Positions 1-8,452 of a DNA stretch of 52,168 nt are shown here, piece by piece. The stretch comes from a virus. Its lineage: Duplodnaviria > Caudoviricetes. The notes below the pieces were generated by a model. It was not told the DNA's origin and did not search any database. It saw only the letters and a list, made by a program, of their open reading frames with translations. Within the stretch, counting starts at the first letter, position 1, and each line of letters starts with the position of its first letter. Made by a program: the position numbers and the translations under genes. The stretch covers positions 1-52,168 of the IMG/VR virus record IMGVR_UViG_3300027917_000058, one strand, 5' to 3'.

Positions 1-210
1 GGCCAGGGCCAGGGCCAGGGCGAAGACGAAGGGGAAGGGGAAGGACAGGGCCAGGGCGAAGGGGAAGGGGAAGGACAGGGCCAGGGCCAGGGCGAAGGGG
101 AAGGGGAAGGACAGGGCCAGGGCCAGGGCCAGGGCGAAGGGGAAGGGGAAGGACAGGGCCAGGGCCAGGGCGAAGGGGAAGGACAGGGCCAGGGCCAGGG
201 CCAGGGCCAG
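1..210 (+). repeat. Low-complexity coding tandem repeat (GGCCAG / GGGGAA hexamers encoding a GQ/GE linker)
   Basis: Directly visible hexamer repeats in frame with the DUF2201 ORF. Confidence 0.9.
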
Positions 211-921
211 GGGTCGAAACCTTGCACGAACCCGCTAGGGGAAGTCAGGGATGCCCCGAAAGAATCGGACGCCCCCGAAGCGGACGAAGACGATTGGAAG
301 CGGGCGATAATTGACGCGGTCAGGGCGGGCGAAATGCGGGGCAATATGCCCGGGTCGGTTCGTCGTTTCGCGGACGAAGCTACCCGACCGATTGTGGACT
401 GGCGGTCGGTCCTTCGTCGGTTCGTGCAAGACGCCGCCCGCGACGATTATGCATGGACCCGACCCAACCCCCGCTACCTTCCTGGCGGTCTTTACCTTCC
501 CGCCTTGCACGCCCCCGCAATGGGTCCCCTGGCGGTCGTTATTGACACTTCAGGGTCTTGCGACGAAGTCCTTGTGTCGCAATTCGGGGGCGAGCTTCGG
601 GGCATCTTCGAAGACTTGTCGCCCGCATCCCTGACGGTCCTTTACGCCGACTCCCGGGTTGCGGGTCGCGAGACGTTTTACCCGGGCGACTTCGTGACCC
701 TGGACCCTGTCGGCGGCGGCGGGACCGACTTCCGACCCGCCCTGGCGGAACTGGAAGACGAAGACGAAACGCCTGTCGCGGTCGTTTACCTGACCGACCT
801 ATACGGGACCTACCCGGAAGACGAACCGCCTTTTCCTGTCTTGTGGGCAACGACTTCCGACCCCGCGACCGTGTCCGAATACTACCGCCCGCCTTGGGGC
901 GAAGTCGTTGAAATACGTTGA
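1..921 (+). CDS. DUF2201-family putative metallopeptidase/VWA-like domain protein (5' truncated by window edge)
   Basis: Frame 1 is open from base 1 (GQGQGEGEG... linker) into the 334..921 ORF. It has W-RPNPRY, VVIDTSGS, GGGGTDF and YLTDLYG motifs typical of the DUF2201 C-terminal VWA domain. Confidence 0.85.
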   Translation, partial: GQGQGQGEDEGEGEGQGQGEGEGEGQGQGQGEGEGEGQGQGQGQGEGEGEGQGQGQGEGEGQGQGQGQGQGSKPCTNPLGEVRDAPKESDAPEADEDDWKRAIIDAVRAGEMRGNMPGSVRRFADEATRPIVDWRSVLRRFVQDAARDDYAWTRPNPRYLPGGLYLPALHAPAMGPLAVVIDTSGSCDEVLVSQFGGELRGIFEDLSPASLTVLYADSRVAGRETFYPGDFVTLDPVGGGGTDFRPALAELEDEDETPVAVVYLTDLYGTYPEDEPPFPVLWATTSDPATVSEYYRPPWGEVVEIR

Positions 922-922
922 A

Positions 923-980
923 ACGCCCGCCTTCGTGGCGGGACATTCGCCCCCGCTAGGGTTCGCCCTGGCGGGGGCAT
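923..980 (+). terminator. GC-rich hairpins downstream of the VWA gene (probable terminator)
   Basis: cccgcc-ttcg-tggcggg and gcccccgctaggg-ttcg-ccctggcgggggc followed by attt. Confidence 0.55.
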
Positions 981-1208
981 TTCCTGGCCCCTGGACGCCT
1001 GACAACGCCTTCCCGGGACCGCCCCCGCCCCTGGACCCCCGCCCCTGGCAACGTGTCGCGGGGCGTTTCCTGGCCCCTGGACGCCCGACAACGCCTTGGG
1101 GGCATCCCTGGCCAGGGCGAACCCCCGACAAGACATCGCGATGCCGCTATATAGTACTTCAACTATGAAGGCGCGGGGGCTTTTCGGCTCGATCCACCGT
1201 ACTCATCC

Positions 1209-1322
1209 CTGGCGGGTACTTGGTTCTGGCGGGTACTTACCTTCGGCGGGTACTTGTTCCTGGCGGGTACTCACCTTCGGCGGGTACCTGTTCCTGGCGG
1301 GTACCTGTTTTCGGCGGGTACT
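1209..1322. repeat. Seven-copy tandem repeat, exact 17-bp period, core GGCGGGTAC
   Basis: GGCGGGTAC starts at 1211, 1228, 1245, 1262, 1279, 1296 and 1313. Confidence 0.95.
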
Positions 1323-1348
1323 CAGAAATGTTGTCTCCGCAACACTTC

Positions 1349-1377
1349 TTGACTTCTTAGGGCAAATACCCTATCGT
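1349..1377 (+). promoter_or_regulatory. Putative sigma70-type promoter
   Basis: TTGACT-17 nt-TATCGT upstream of the GGAGG RBS of ORF 1424. Confidence 0.55.
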
Positions 1378-1423
1378 GTAGCATGACCCTAAACACCGGG
1401 GCCTTCCGGCCCGGAGGGGATTC

Positions 1424-2086
1424 ATGGGAAAACGATACGTTTGTGAACGATGCGGGACGGGGAGCATTGCCCCGGGGCGAATGGCCCCGGACGATGTCCG
1501 TCGTTTCTGCATCCCTTTTTCTGTTGCCACCGGCAAACTCCTGCCCCTGATCTGCCCCTCCCGGGAACGTGCCAAGGAAAGGACACGGCAACGTGCTGCG
1601 GAGAAGCGGGCCAAGGAACGGGACGCACTCGACAGACGGTTCGAACTGTCGGATGGGGTGGACGCCCGGGAGATCCTGAAGGGGCTGCAACGTCTCCGGG
1701 TGTGGAAGAACGAAGGGGAAGATGTGGTTCTGGCAGTCAAGCGTATGAAGCTGAAGAACGGGGGACTCGACCCCAATGTTGCAGCGAAGGACTCCGTGGC
1801 TTACGCAGTACAAGGTATTGCCACGTTAGCGGGAACCGCCGCATGGATCATCACAACCCGTGGGAAGACTCCCTGGGAAATGCGTAACACGATGATGAAG
1901 AGAAAGACAGACGAAGAGTCGGCCAAGCAATCATTGATTCGGGCCGCGTCCGTGGAGTACTTCGGTCTGGACGAAAGCGAACTGATTCGAATCCGGCAAG
2001 CGACGAACCGACTCATGGCCCGGGACGAAACGGGCTGGCTCACTACCGTACAACAAATTCTCACAGCTAGGAGGAACGATGCCTGA
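1424..2086 (+). CDS. Hypothetical protein (N-terminal Cys cluster, possible Zn ribbon)
   Basis: 220-aa ORF with GGAGG RBS and a CERC..C..C pattern. Confidence 0.65.
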   Translation: MGKRYVCERCGTGSIAPGRMAPDDVRRFCIPFSVATGKLLPLICPSRERAKERTRQRAAEKRAKERDALDRRFELSDGVDAREILKGLQRLRVWKNEGEDVVLAVKRMKLKNGGLDPNVAAKDSVAYAVQGIATLAGTAAWIITTRGKTPWEMRNTMMKRKTDEESAKQSLIRAASVEYFGLDESELIRIRQATNRLMARDETGWLTTVQQILTARRNDA

Positions 2087-2432
2087 CGCGATCAGAGGGA
2101 AAGAACGATGGGATATGGTCCTGAAGCTCCCGGGGGGACACAAGTACTTTCGGGAGAAGCTGACGGGACGAATCGGGGTGGCCGATCATTCGGGACGCTA
2201 CCCGGAAGACACCGACGATGGGGAACTGTTCTTGGACACCGAATCCGGCAAGATGTTGACGGTGGGAGACACGCGGTTGTGGGTTCCGCTGGTGAAGCTC
2301 AACGGGGAACTGACCGCGATGATGGAAGCTGCCGGGGATGCCCTGGTCCTGTCTTCCATGTTCGGGCTCCCGATTCTCGACGCCCACGATAGGGTCTGGA
2401 AGGTGGAAGAGATCCGCGCCCCCTGGAAGTGA
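2079..2432 (+). CDS. Hypothetical protein
   Basis: AGGAGG RBS; overlaps the upstream stop. Confidence 0.65.
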   Translation: MPDAIRGKERWDMVLKLPGGHKYFREKLTGRIGVADHSGRYPEDTDDGELFLDTESGKMLTVGDTRLWVPLVKLNGELTAMMEAAGDALVLSSMFGLPILDAHDRVWKVEEIRAPWK

Positions 2433-2476
2433 TTCCTGGCAACACGTTTCTGGGCGATGCCCGAAAGGAAAGAACG

Positions 2477-3007
2477 ATGAGCGCGATGAAGAACCATCTT
2501 GCCGATCTGGACATGGAAGCCGACCGACTTCTGAAGCTGGTGCGGGACGATATGATCCTGATCGCCCGTGGGGACATGAAGTGGGCTCCGTCTGGACATC
2601 TGATGCGAGTACTGGCCCACAACCTGAAGCGACTTGCCGACGTTGTGGGTCAAGGTGGACTCCCCGATCCCTTCCCCGTCTTCCGGCACGGGGAAGAAGA
2701 CACGATTACAAGGGATCTGCTGGAAGCGTTGAAGCTGATGACGCAAGAATTTTCCCAGAAGTTTCGTGTGAAGAGGGACTTTCACAAGATGCTGGCAATG
2801 GAAGCTGCCAAGAAAGCGATTGCCAAGGCTGAAGACGTTGACGCCGATGGGAACGAACTCACGCCGGAACCCGTGGCGTTTCTTGAGAGTGCGTTGTCAT
2901 GTGAACCGAACGAGGCTGTCGATCTCCTGACAAACTACGGTCCTGCGGTGCTGGATCGGTGGTACGAGAACCACCCTGAAGCCACGCGTGGGCCAGAAGG
3001 TACTTGA
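2477..3007 (+). CDS. Hypothetical protein
   Basis: In-frame ATG at 2477 after GAAAGGAAAGAACG, within ORF 2429..3007. Confidence 0.65.
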   Translation: MSAMKNHLADLDMEADRLLKLVRDDMILIARGDMKWAPSGHLMRVLAHNLKRLADVVGQGGLPDPFPVFRHGEEDTITRDLLEALKLMTQEFSQKFRVKRDFHKMLAMEAAKKAIAKAEDVDADGNELTPEPVAFLESALSCEPNEAVDLLTNYGPAVLDRWYENHPEATRGPEGT

Positions 3008-3055
3008 TCCCTGCGGGTACTCATTCTGGGCGGGTACGCCCGAAAGGAAAGAACG

Positions 3056-3536
3056 ATGGCATACAGAACATCGAAGAACGGGGGGGCTCTACCGGAAATG
3101 CGGGGGCTGTACGGAGTGCTGTGTGAACCAACCGATCACGCAACTCGACAAACCCGCGAAGACCCCCTGCAAACATCTCACGGCAAGTGGTTGTGGGATC
3201 TACGAAGACCGCTTCCCCGTCTGCCGGGAATACGGATGCCTCTGGTTGTGGGGCGAAGGGAGCCTGGAAGACCGGCCCGACCGGATGGGCGCGATGCCAA
3301 CGATGTCTGACAACGGGTTGTATTTGACGCTATACCTCAACGGAGACTCGACCCCGGAACAGCTTTCCCGGGGAGCCCTGAAGTGGCTGAGACGGTACTT
3401 CAACAAGACGGGTAGGCCCGCCCTTGTACTTCATGGCGACGGGTACGGCAAAACCACGGCGATCTACCCTGACGGGACGTACAAGGAACTCGAAACCAAG
3501 TGGGTAGGAGAACTGCCCGGGAGCATGGAACCATGA
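3056..3536 (+). pseudogene. YkgJ-like (CxxCxxCC) cysteine-cluster protein, apparently frameshifted at a G7 run (3080-3086)
   Basis: CGGCTECC...C-HL...C-IYEDR..VCR motif lies in the 2988..3536 frame. The RBS-backed ATG at 3056 joins that frame only if one G is removed. Confidence 0.6.
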
Positions 3537-3772
3537 AAGCCGAAATGCCGAAAACGAAGCACGAAGTCATCGAACTCCTGAAGAGGCGGATTCAGGAATC
3601 CGGCCTGAGCGTGCGTCAGTTTGCAATCCAAGTGATGATTCGGGAAGATCGGACGGTACGCCGCTGGTTATCCGGCGAATCCCCAACTCCCAACGTGGTG
3701 TTGGGATGGCTCATGGAGCCCTACGCGCCACCCTGGCCGACCCGAAGGCGTAGGAAGGGGAGAAAGGTCTGA
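3533..3772 (+). CDS. Cro/XRE-like helix-turn-helix protein
   Basis: SGLSVRQFA...DRTVRRWLSGE-P pattern; ATGA overlap with the upstream stop. Confidence 0.7.
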   Translation: MKAEMPKTKHEVIELLKRRIQESGLSVRQFAIQVMIREDRTVRRWLSGESPTPNVVLGWLMEPYAPPWPTRRRRKGRKV

Positions 3773-3963
3773 TGCCTTGGTTTCTGAAGGTGACGCTAAC
3801 CCTGGCGACCCTGGGGACCACCGTACTTGTATCAAAGCGGGTTGTCGTGAAGTATTGGCGATGGGCGCGAACGAACGCTGAATCGTTCTCCATTTTCCTG
3901 TTCTATTTGGCAGGGGTTTGGTACCTCGCGCTACTCTGCCTCTTCGGAATCATGGCGTCCTGA
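3772..3963 (+). CDS. Small membrane protein
   Basis: Two hydrophobic segments; TGATG coupling to the upstream gene. Confidence 0.55.
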   Translation: MPWFLKVTLTLATLGTTVLVSKRVVVKYWRWARTNAESFSIFLFYLAGVWYLALLCLFGIMAS

Positions 3964-3970
3964 GATCCTG

Positions 3971-3996
3971 CCCGGGGGTACTTCGGTGCCCCCGGG
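3971..3996. terminator. Hairpin between convergent transcription units
   Basis: cccgggggtac-ttcg-gtgcccccggg, filling the gap between the + and - gene blocks. Confidence 0.7.
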
Positions 3997-4683
3997 TTAG
4001 TCTTCCCAAGCGTAACCGAATCGCTCCATTTCCGCCCCGTAGGTATCCTCAATCCACAACCGACAATCCGTTGGCAGGAAATCTTGATACCGTTCGTCCC
4101 GTGGCTTCGCCTTGGTATGGTGCTGGGATGCGCTCCGGTGGAACTCATCCGGCTTCAGGGGATTCAGTCCCTCTTTCCTGAGCATGGCATCCAGATCGTT
4201 CCTCAAGTGGGCGAAACGCAACTCCTGGCAAGTAGCAATCTCAAAGAACGCCGGGAAGAGGATATGTTTATTCCGATAAAGGGCGGGATGTTTCCAAACG
4301 TAATCGGTGAACCTTTCCGGGGACGGTTCCTTGCCGCCGAGAACCCCGCGACCGATAGAATGGAATACCTCGAAATGGTTCCGGTGGGCCGCGTAGAAAC
4401 GCCAGTTGTATAAATCCTCATTGAACCACCACCACAAGTCCCCGTGGCGTCCTGTCTGGGGATGCCTGGGGTTGTCCCCACCCCAAGGGACGCCGTGGTG
4501 CCCTAACCACCGCTCGAAACCCCGGAGCTTCAGGACGTTGTAACCAATCTCCCTACTCCCGGTCCTGGGGTCAGCAATGAAAGCAATCCGCTTCTCTTTG
4601 AGAATCCACATAATCTCGTTGTCAGGTGATTCGATCCGAACGCCGCCACCACCGTCCAGGCGGATAACCCTGACGGGGCTCAT
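3997..4683 (-). CDS. Sulfotransferase family 2-like protein (divergent)
   Basis: FIADPRTGS (cf. FIHIPKTG), RNH..VFHS (cf. RNP..R..S), RFAHL..D and C-terminal Y..EMERFGY. Confidence 0.55.
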   Translation of the reverse strand: MSPVRVIRLDGGGGVRIESPDNEIMWILKEKRIAFIADPRTGSREIGYNVLKLRGFERWLGHHGVPWGGDNPRHPQTGRHGDLWWWFNEDLYNWRFYAAHRNHFEVFHSIGRGVLGGKEPSPERFTDYVWKHPALYRNKHILFPAFFEIATCQELRFAHLRNDLDAMLRKEGLNPLKPDEFHRSASQHHTKAKPRDERYQDFLPTDCRLWIEDTYGAEMERFGYAWED

Positions 4684-4738
4684 AGTACTTCATTTTGCGC
4701 GGGTACTGTACTAGCTGGGGGGCGGGTAGGTGCGCCGA

Positions 4739-5446
4739 TCATTTCGCGGTCCTGAAGGCCAGAAGGATTTTTTCTCTAATGACCCTACCCGCATGGCTGT
4801 GCCAAACCCGGGAAGCGTTCTCGTAGAAGTCGTATACCCCTTGGACCTGAGCTTTCGGGATGAGGAGATACCGGAACTCGACGTTCGGATCCTGTCTCAG
4901 CGTGAGTCGTTTGCCACTGCCAAGTGCCCTGTGAGAGTAAGCTGTCACGTATCGCTTGGAGCCTCGATAGTGCCGCTGGAAGACGCCGAAGATCCCTTTG
5001 CCGAATGGAACCTTGAATGAGCGTTTTAGCTTCTTCGGCTTGTATCGCTCTTGGATCTGACCGCCGCCAGTGCGGGGGATGTCATCGGCGGGAAGCGCGA
5101 GAGATTTTCGACCCCGGAGGGGACGCCGCGTACCACCGTACTGTTGCCTGAGAAAGATTTCGTACTTGGTCGGTCCTCCCTTGCGGCTCTTGGGGACCCA
5201 TGACACCCGGGACCAGAGCTTCTTCCGCTGGGCAAAATCGCCCCTGGCGATCTTCACCCCCTGCTGCCAGTACCGCTCCCCAGACGACCCGCTATATGTG
5301 AAAACCTTCCGCTGATGGGCTCGCTGGACCCGCTGAAACCTCAGAGCAAGATCGTTCAGGGCCAACATCGTCCCGTAACGTACCTGCTTCTCAAACGCCG
5401 CCAGGAAGGCGTTCACCTCCCTTGCGTCAATCTCAGCCTCAAACAT
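4739..5446 (-). CDS. Phage neck/tail-completion (gpZ-like) morphogenesis protein, basic
   Basis: KQVRYGTMLALNDLA N-terminus and Arg/Lys-rich composition resemble lambdoid tail-completion proteins. Confidence 0.5.
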   Translation of the reverse strand: MFEAEIDAREVNAFLAAFEKQVRYGTMLALNDLALRFQRVQRAHQRKVFTYSGSSGERYWQQGVKIARGDFAQRKKLWSRVSWVPKSRKGGPTKYEIFLRQQYGGTRRPLRGRKSLALPADDIPRTGGGQIQERYKPKKLKRSFKVPFGKGIFGVFQRHYRGSKRYVTAYSHRALGSGKRLTLRQDPNVEFRYLLIPKAQVQGVYDFYENASRVWHSHAGRVIREKILLAFRTAK

Positions 5447-5678
5447 TCGGCATCTTCTTCCAGTGCCTTACCCGGATCTCGACCATCGCATTACACAACG
5501 TCCTGTCCGGGAACTGGTTCGCACATTGGTACGTTTGTAGAATTGTGTTGGGACCATAATCGGGATTCTCCATCGCCAATTCAAGCATCTTGATAGCGAA
5601 CTCGGAATTTCGCAAGCGTACCGGGGCATGACATTCAGGGCAACGCGCTGTCAGACGCCAGACCGTGACCTCAACCAA
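5439..5678 (-). CDS. Small Zn-ribbon hypothetical protein
   Basis: CPEC...C...C; fills the gap after terL; TTG start uncertain. Confidence 0.5.
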   Translation of the reverse strand: MVEVTVWRLTARCPECHAPVRLRNSEFAIKMLELAMENPDYGPNTILQTYQCANQFPDRTLCNAMVEIRVRHWKKMPNV

Positions 5679-7602
5679 TGCCCACCCCCTGCGAGCGAAC
5701 CCGCCGCTTCGGCCCCTGGACCCGCTTGTTATTGATCGCCTCCAGAATCGTCTCCAGACGGACCCCTGCCAGGAAAGCCCCCTCGTGGGCTGCAAGGGCG
5801 TACACTCGGCAGTCCAGAGCTTCGGCCCGTCTCCCGGGACGCCGCATCCACACCCGCTTCATATACCCGTTGGGGCTCTGCCTCACCACAACAAGCTCTG
5901 ACGTAAGCTGCTTGAAGTACTCTTCGTCGTAGGGTTGCCTGGAAGGGAAGTGGGCGAAGCCGGGTATGGGTCCACCATCGTACTCATCTTCTGCGGGCTT
6001 CTGGATTCGGAGGTGGCTCATTACCACCGTCTTCGCTGTATCGACGCCAACCGGATAGAGCGGAACCTTGTACTTGTTTGATACCGTTGGCCGGTCCCAT
6101 ATCGGCCTTCCCTCCCCAGCGAGCCCCTTTATGGGCCAGATCCTCGCGGCCCTTCGGGTATGGCAGTACTTGTAGACGTTCTGGGACAGGAACCCGGAGT
6201 CTACCGCCGTCGAATAGACGCCCAGCATGAGACCGCTGGGATGCTTGAACTTTCGTGACAATACGTGGTCGAGTGTGTTCCAGGGTCCTCCCTCCAGTGT
6301 AGGATCACCCTCGATGCGGAGAAAATTCAGACTCCACGACTCGTAGTTGAGACCCCAGCCCACAAGCTCGACCTCCAGACGATCCGCCTGGATGTCCACG
6401 CCAGCCGTGATAAGCAGTACTCCCTCGGGCACGGGTTCCTCGGGATACACCTCACAACGCGCCAGGAGGGGGTGGGCGTCGAGCCGGTAGCCAGCTTCCT
6501 TGAAGACCTCGCCCAAGACCGTGTTGACCCACACCTGAAGACGCATCCGGTCCCCCTTCGCCCGCAGGAATCCGGCGACGATCTCCCGCCATTTCATCCA
6601 CGGGCTGAAGAGAGCGTTGATCTGGAAGCCGATGGACTTCGGATGCCGTACTCCCTTATCCTCGGGTTCCCATGCGCCCGTTTCGGCATCCACGGTCCCA
6701 TCCACCCACCGACCGTTCGCCAACATCCATGTCTTCTTACGCTCCGGGATCAGAGCCCCGCAGGAGACACAGGCGTACTCTGCCGTCTCAGGTAGGTGGC
6801 CCCCCTCTTCGTCCTTCTCCCAAATGAGTTGTGAGAAGATCAGGTATTGCTCATGGGCACAGTGAGGACAAGGCACGTAGTACCGGCGAACGACATCGCA
6901 GTCTTTGATCGCCGCCTCGATGCGGCTCAGGCCCTCCAGGGTTGGCGTCGAGAAGTATGCCTTTATCCGATTCCAGAACGTCCGCGTCCGCGCCTCTGCA
7001 AGCTCGATGGGATCCCCTTCCTGACCGGCAGACGGAGGATAGCCATCGATTTCGTCACAGAGCAGCAACCGGATCGCCCTAGAGCGGAGACCCGCAGGGG
7101 CGTTCGCCCCGGCAATCGCAAGATGCCCACCACGAAATGACTTCTGGAGAGTGGTGTTCTCTGAGCTTCTGGACTTCGATGTGGCGAAGCGATTTCTGAG
7201 TACCGGGGTCGCCTCGATCATGGGGGCGATGCGCTCTTTGGAATAGGCCTTCGCTTCCTTCTCCCCGATCTGTACCAGCAGCATGGGCGACGGGTCCTGA
7301 TGAGCGAAGTATCCCAAGATGTTGTTCAACGTCTCCGACTTCCCAACCTGGGCACACGCCTGGAAAACCACGGTCTCGATCCCCGGTTCCACGACCGCAT
7401 CCATGATGCCGACGAGATACGGCGTCCGGTCGTTCCTCCAGGGTCCCGGCTCTGCCGATGTCTCCGGGAGGTGCCTGTATCTTTCGGCCCACTCACTCAC
7501 CAGAAGCTGTTTTGGTGGCGTGAGGTGATCGATGATCGTCTCATATGCCGCCCGCCTCGCCCGCTGGCGGGACTGAAGTGGATTCAGGACTTCGGTTTCC
7601 AT
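5671..7602 (-). CDS. terL: Terminase large subunit, lambda GpA family
   Basis: PGPWRNDRTPY, AQVGKSE (Walker A), LLCDEIDGYP (Walker B), STPT, GVDIQADR and EALDCRVYA nuclease motifs. Confidence 0.97.
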   Translation of the reverse strand: METEVLNPLQSRQRARRAAYETIIDHLTPPKQLLVSEWAERYRHLPETSAEPGPWRNDRTPYLVGIMDAVVEPGIETVVFQACAQVGKSETLNNILGYFAHQDPSPMLLVQIGEKEAKAYSKERIAPMIEATPVLRNRFATSKSRSSENTTLQKSFRGGHLAIAGANAPAGLRSRAIRLLLCDEIDGYPPSAGQEGDPIELAEARTRTFWNRIKAYFSTPTLEGLSRIEAAIKDCDVVRRYYVPCPHCAHEQYLIFSQLIWEKDEEGGHLPETAEYACVSCGALIPERKKTWMLANGRWVDGTVDAETGAWEPEDKGVRHPKSIGFQINALFSPWMKWREIVAGFLRAKGDRMRLQVWVNTVLGEVFKEAGYRLDAHPLLARCEVYPEEPVPEGVLLITAGVDIQADRLEVELVGWGLNYESWSLNFLRIEGDPTLEGGPWNTLDHVLSRKFKHPSGLMLGVYSTAVDSGFLSQNVYKYCHTRRAARIWPIKGLAGEGRPIWDRPTVSNKYKVPLYPVGVDTAKTVVMSHLRIQKPAEDEYDGGPIPGFAHFPSRQPYDEEYFKQLTSELVVVRQSPNGYMKRVWMRRPGRRAEALDCRVYALAAHEGAFLAGVRLETILEAINNKRVQGPKRRVRSQGVGIG

Positions 7603-7832
7603 GTTTCCTCAAACCGATGGCGAGCCTCGATAAGATCCCGGTCTGAAAGTGTGAAGTTGTGGACCGCCGATTCAGACTCAGGACAGTGGTGATGGAACCT
7701 GTTGCACTCTGGGCAGAGATAGCCAAGGACCCGCTTTCCGCAGAAAGGTCTGGAGAACCTGAGTTTCCATCTCCCCAGGCAATCGGGGTGGGCGTGGCTC
7801 ATCCAGAAGCTCATTTCCCATCCTCCATCCAC
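7584..7832 (-). CDS. Hypothetical protein (Cys/His-rich) between terS and terL
   Basis: Fills the gap in the operon; CPEC motif; start uncertain. Confidence 0.45.
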   Translation of the reverse strand: MDGGWEMSFWMSHAHPDCLGRWKLRFSRPFCGKRVLGYLCPECNRFHHHCPESESAVHNFTLSDRDLIEARHRFEETWKPKS

Positions 7833-8452
7833 TCCCTGATTCTCTTCGCCCGCGCCTTCCCAATCCCAGGTACTTCCGTGAGTGCGGGTAAATCCAAAAG
7901 ATCGGAGAGGGAGTTGATCCCGGCACCCTGCAACTGTTTCCTGGCAGGGAGATCAGGTGGCAGCCCATCATCACTCACCCGCTGCTTCGATTCCCTGACA
8001 ATGGCTCGCAGTGCGTCATCTACCGCAGGAGACAGGATAGCCTGGACATCTCTCGCGTCATCGAGCCCCACGAGCCGGGGGGCAATCGATCCCGGGAGAT
8101 TCCGAATGTTGGACCTGACCATGTCGAAGGCTTCCGCCATCGCCGCCTTGTGGGACTCTACCGTGATAAGCGAGCCCTCCTGGGTAGCGAACTCAAGCTC
8201 CCGGCGTTTCCGTTCGATGCGTGCGGTGAGCAGCTTTTCTTCGGAGAGATCCGATTTGCGGCCCGTGCCTTCCGCAAGCCGTTTTTGGTGGGCGATGAAA
8301 TTCAGGACGGATTCCTTCAGACGATACCTCCCCCGGCCATCCTTCAGGACGATTCCCTCCTCGACCATCTGGATACACCTACGGGTTGTCACCCCCAGCC
8401 ATGACGCCAGTTCGTTCAACCCGACGTGGGTTACGCCATTCGACTTCGCCAT
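7811..8452 (-). CDS. terS: Terminase small subunit (Nu1-like) with C-terminal helix-hairpin-helix domain
   Basis: N-terminal wHTH (ELASWLGVTTR...GRGRYRL), coiled coil, G-LI motif, C-terminal VPGIGKARAKRI; upstream of terL. Confidence 0.85.
   Translation of the reverse strand: MAKSNGVTHVGLNELASWLGVTTRRCIQMVEEGIVLKDGRGRYRLKESVLNFIAHQKRLAEGTGRKSDLSEEKLLTARIERKRRELEFATQEGSLITVESHKAAMAEAFDMVRSNIRNLPGSIAPRLVGLDDARDVQAILSPAVDDALRAIVRESKQRVSDDGLPPDLPARKQLQGAGINSLSDLLDLPALTEVPGIGKARAKRIREWMEDGK

Noticed and set aside
1209-1322. Mini-CRISPR interpretation of the 17-bp repeat
   Set aside because: The 9-bp core and 8-bp near-repeating spacers are far too short, and no adjacent cas genes exist.
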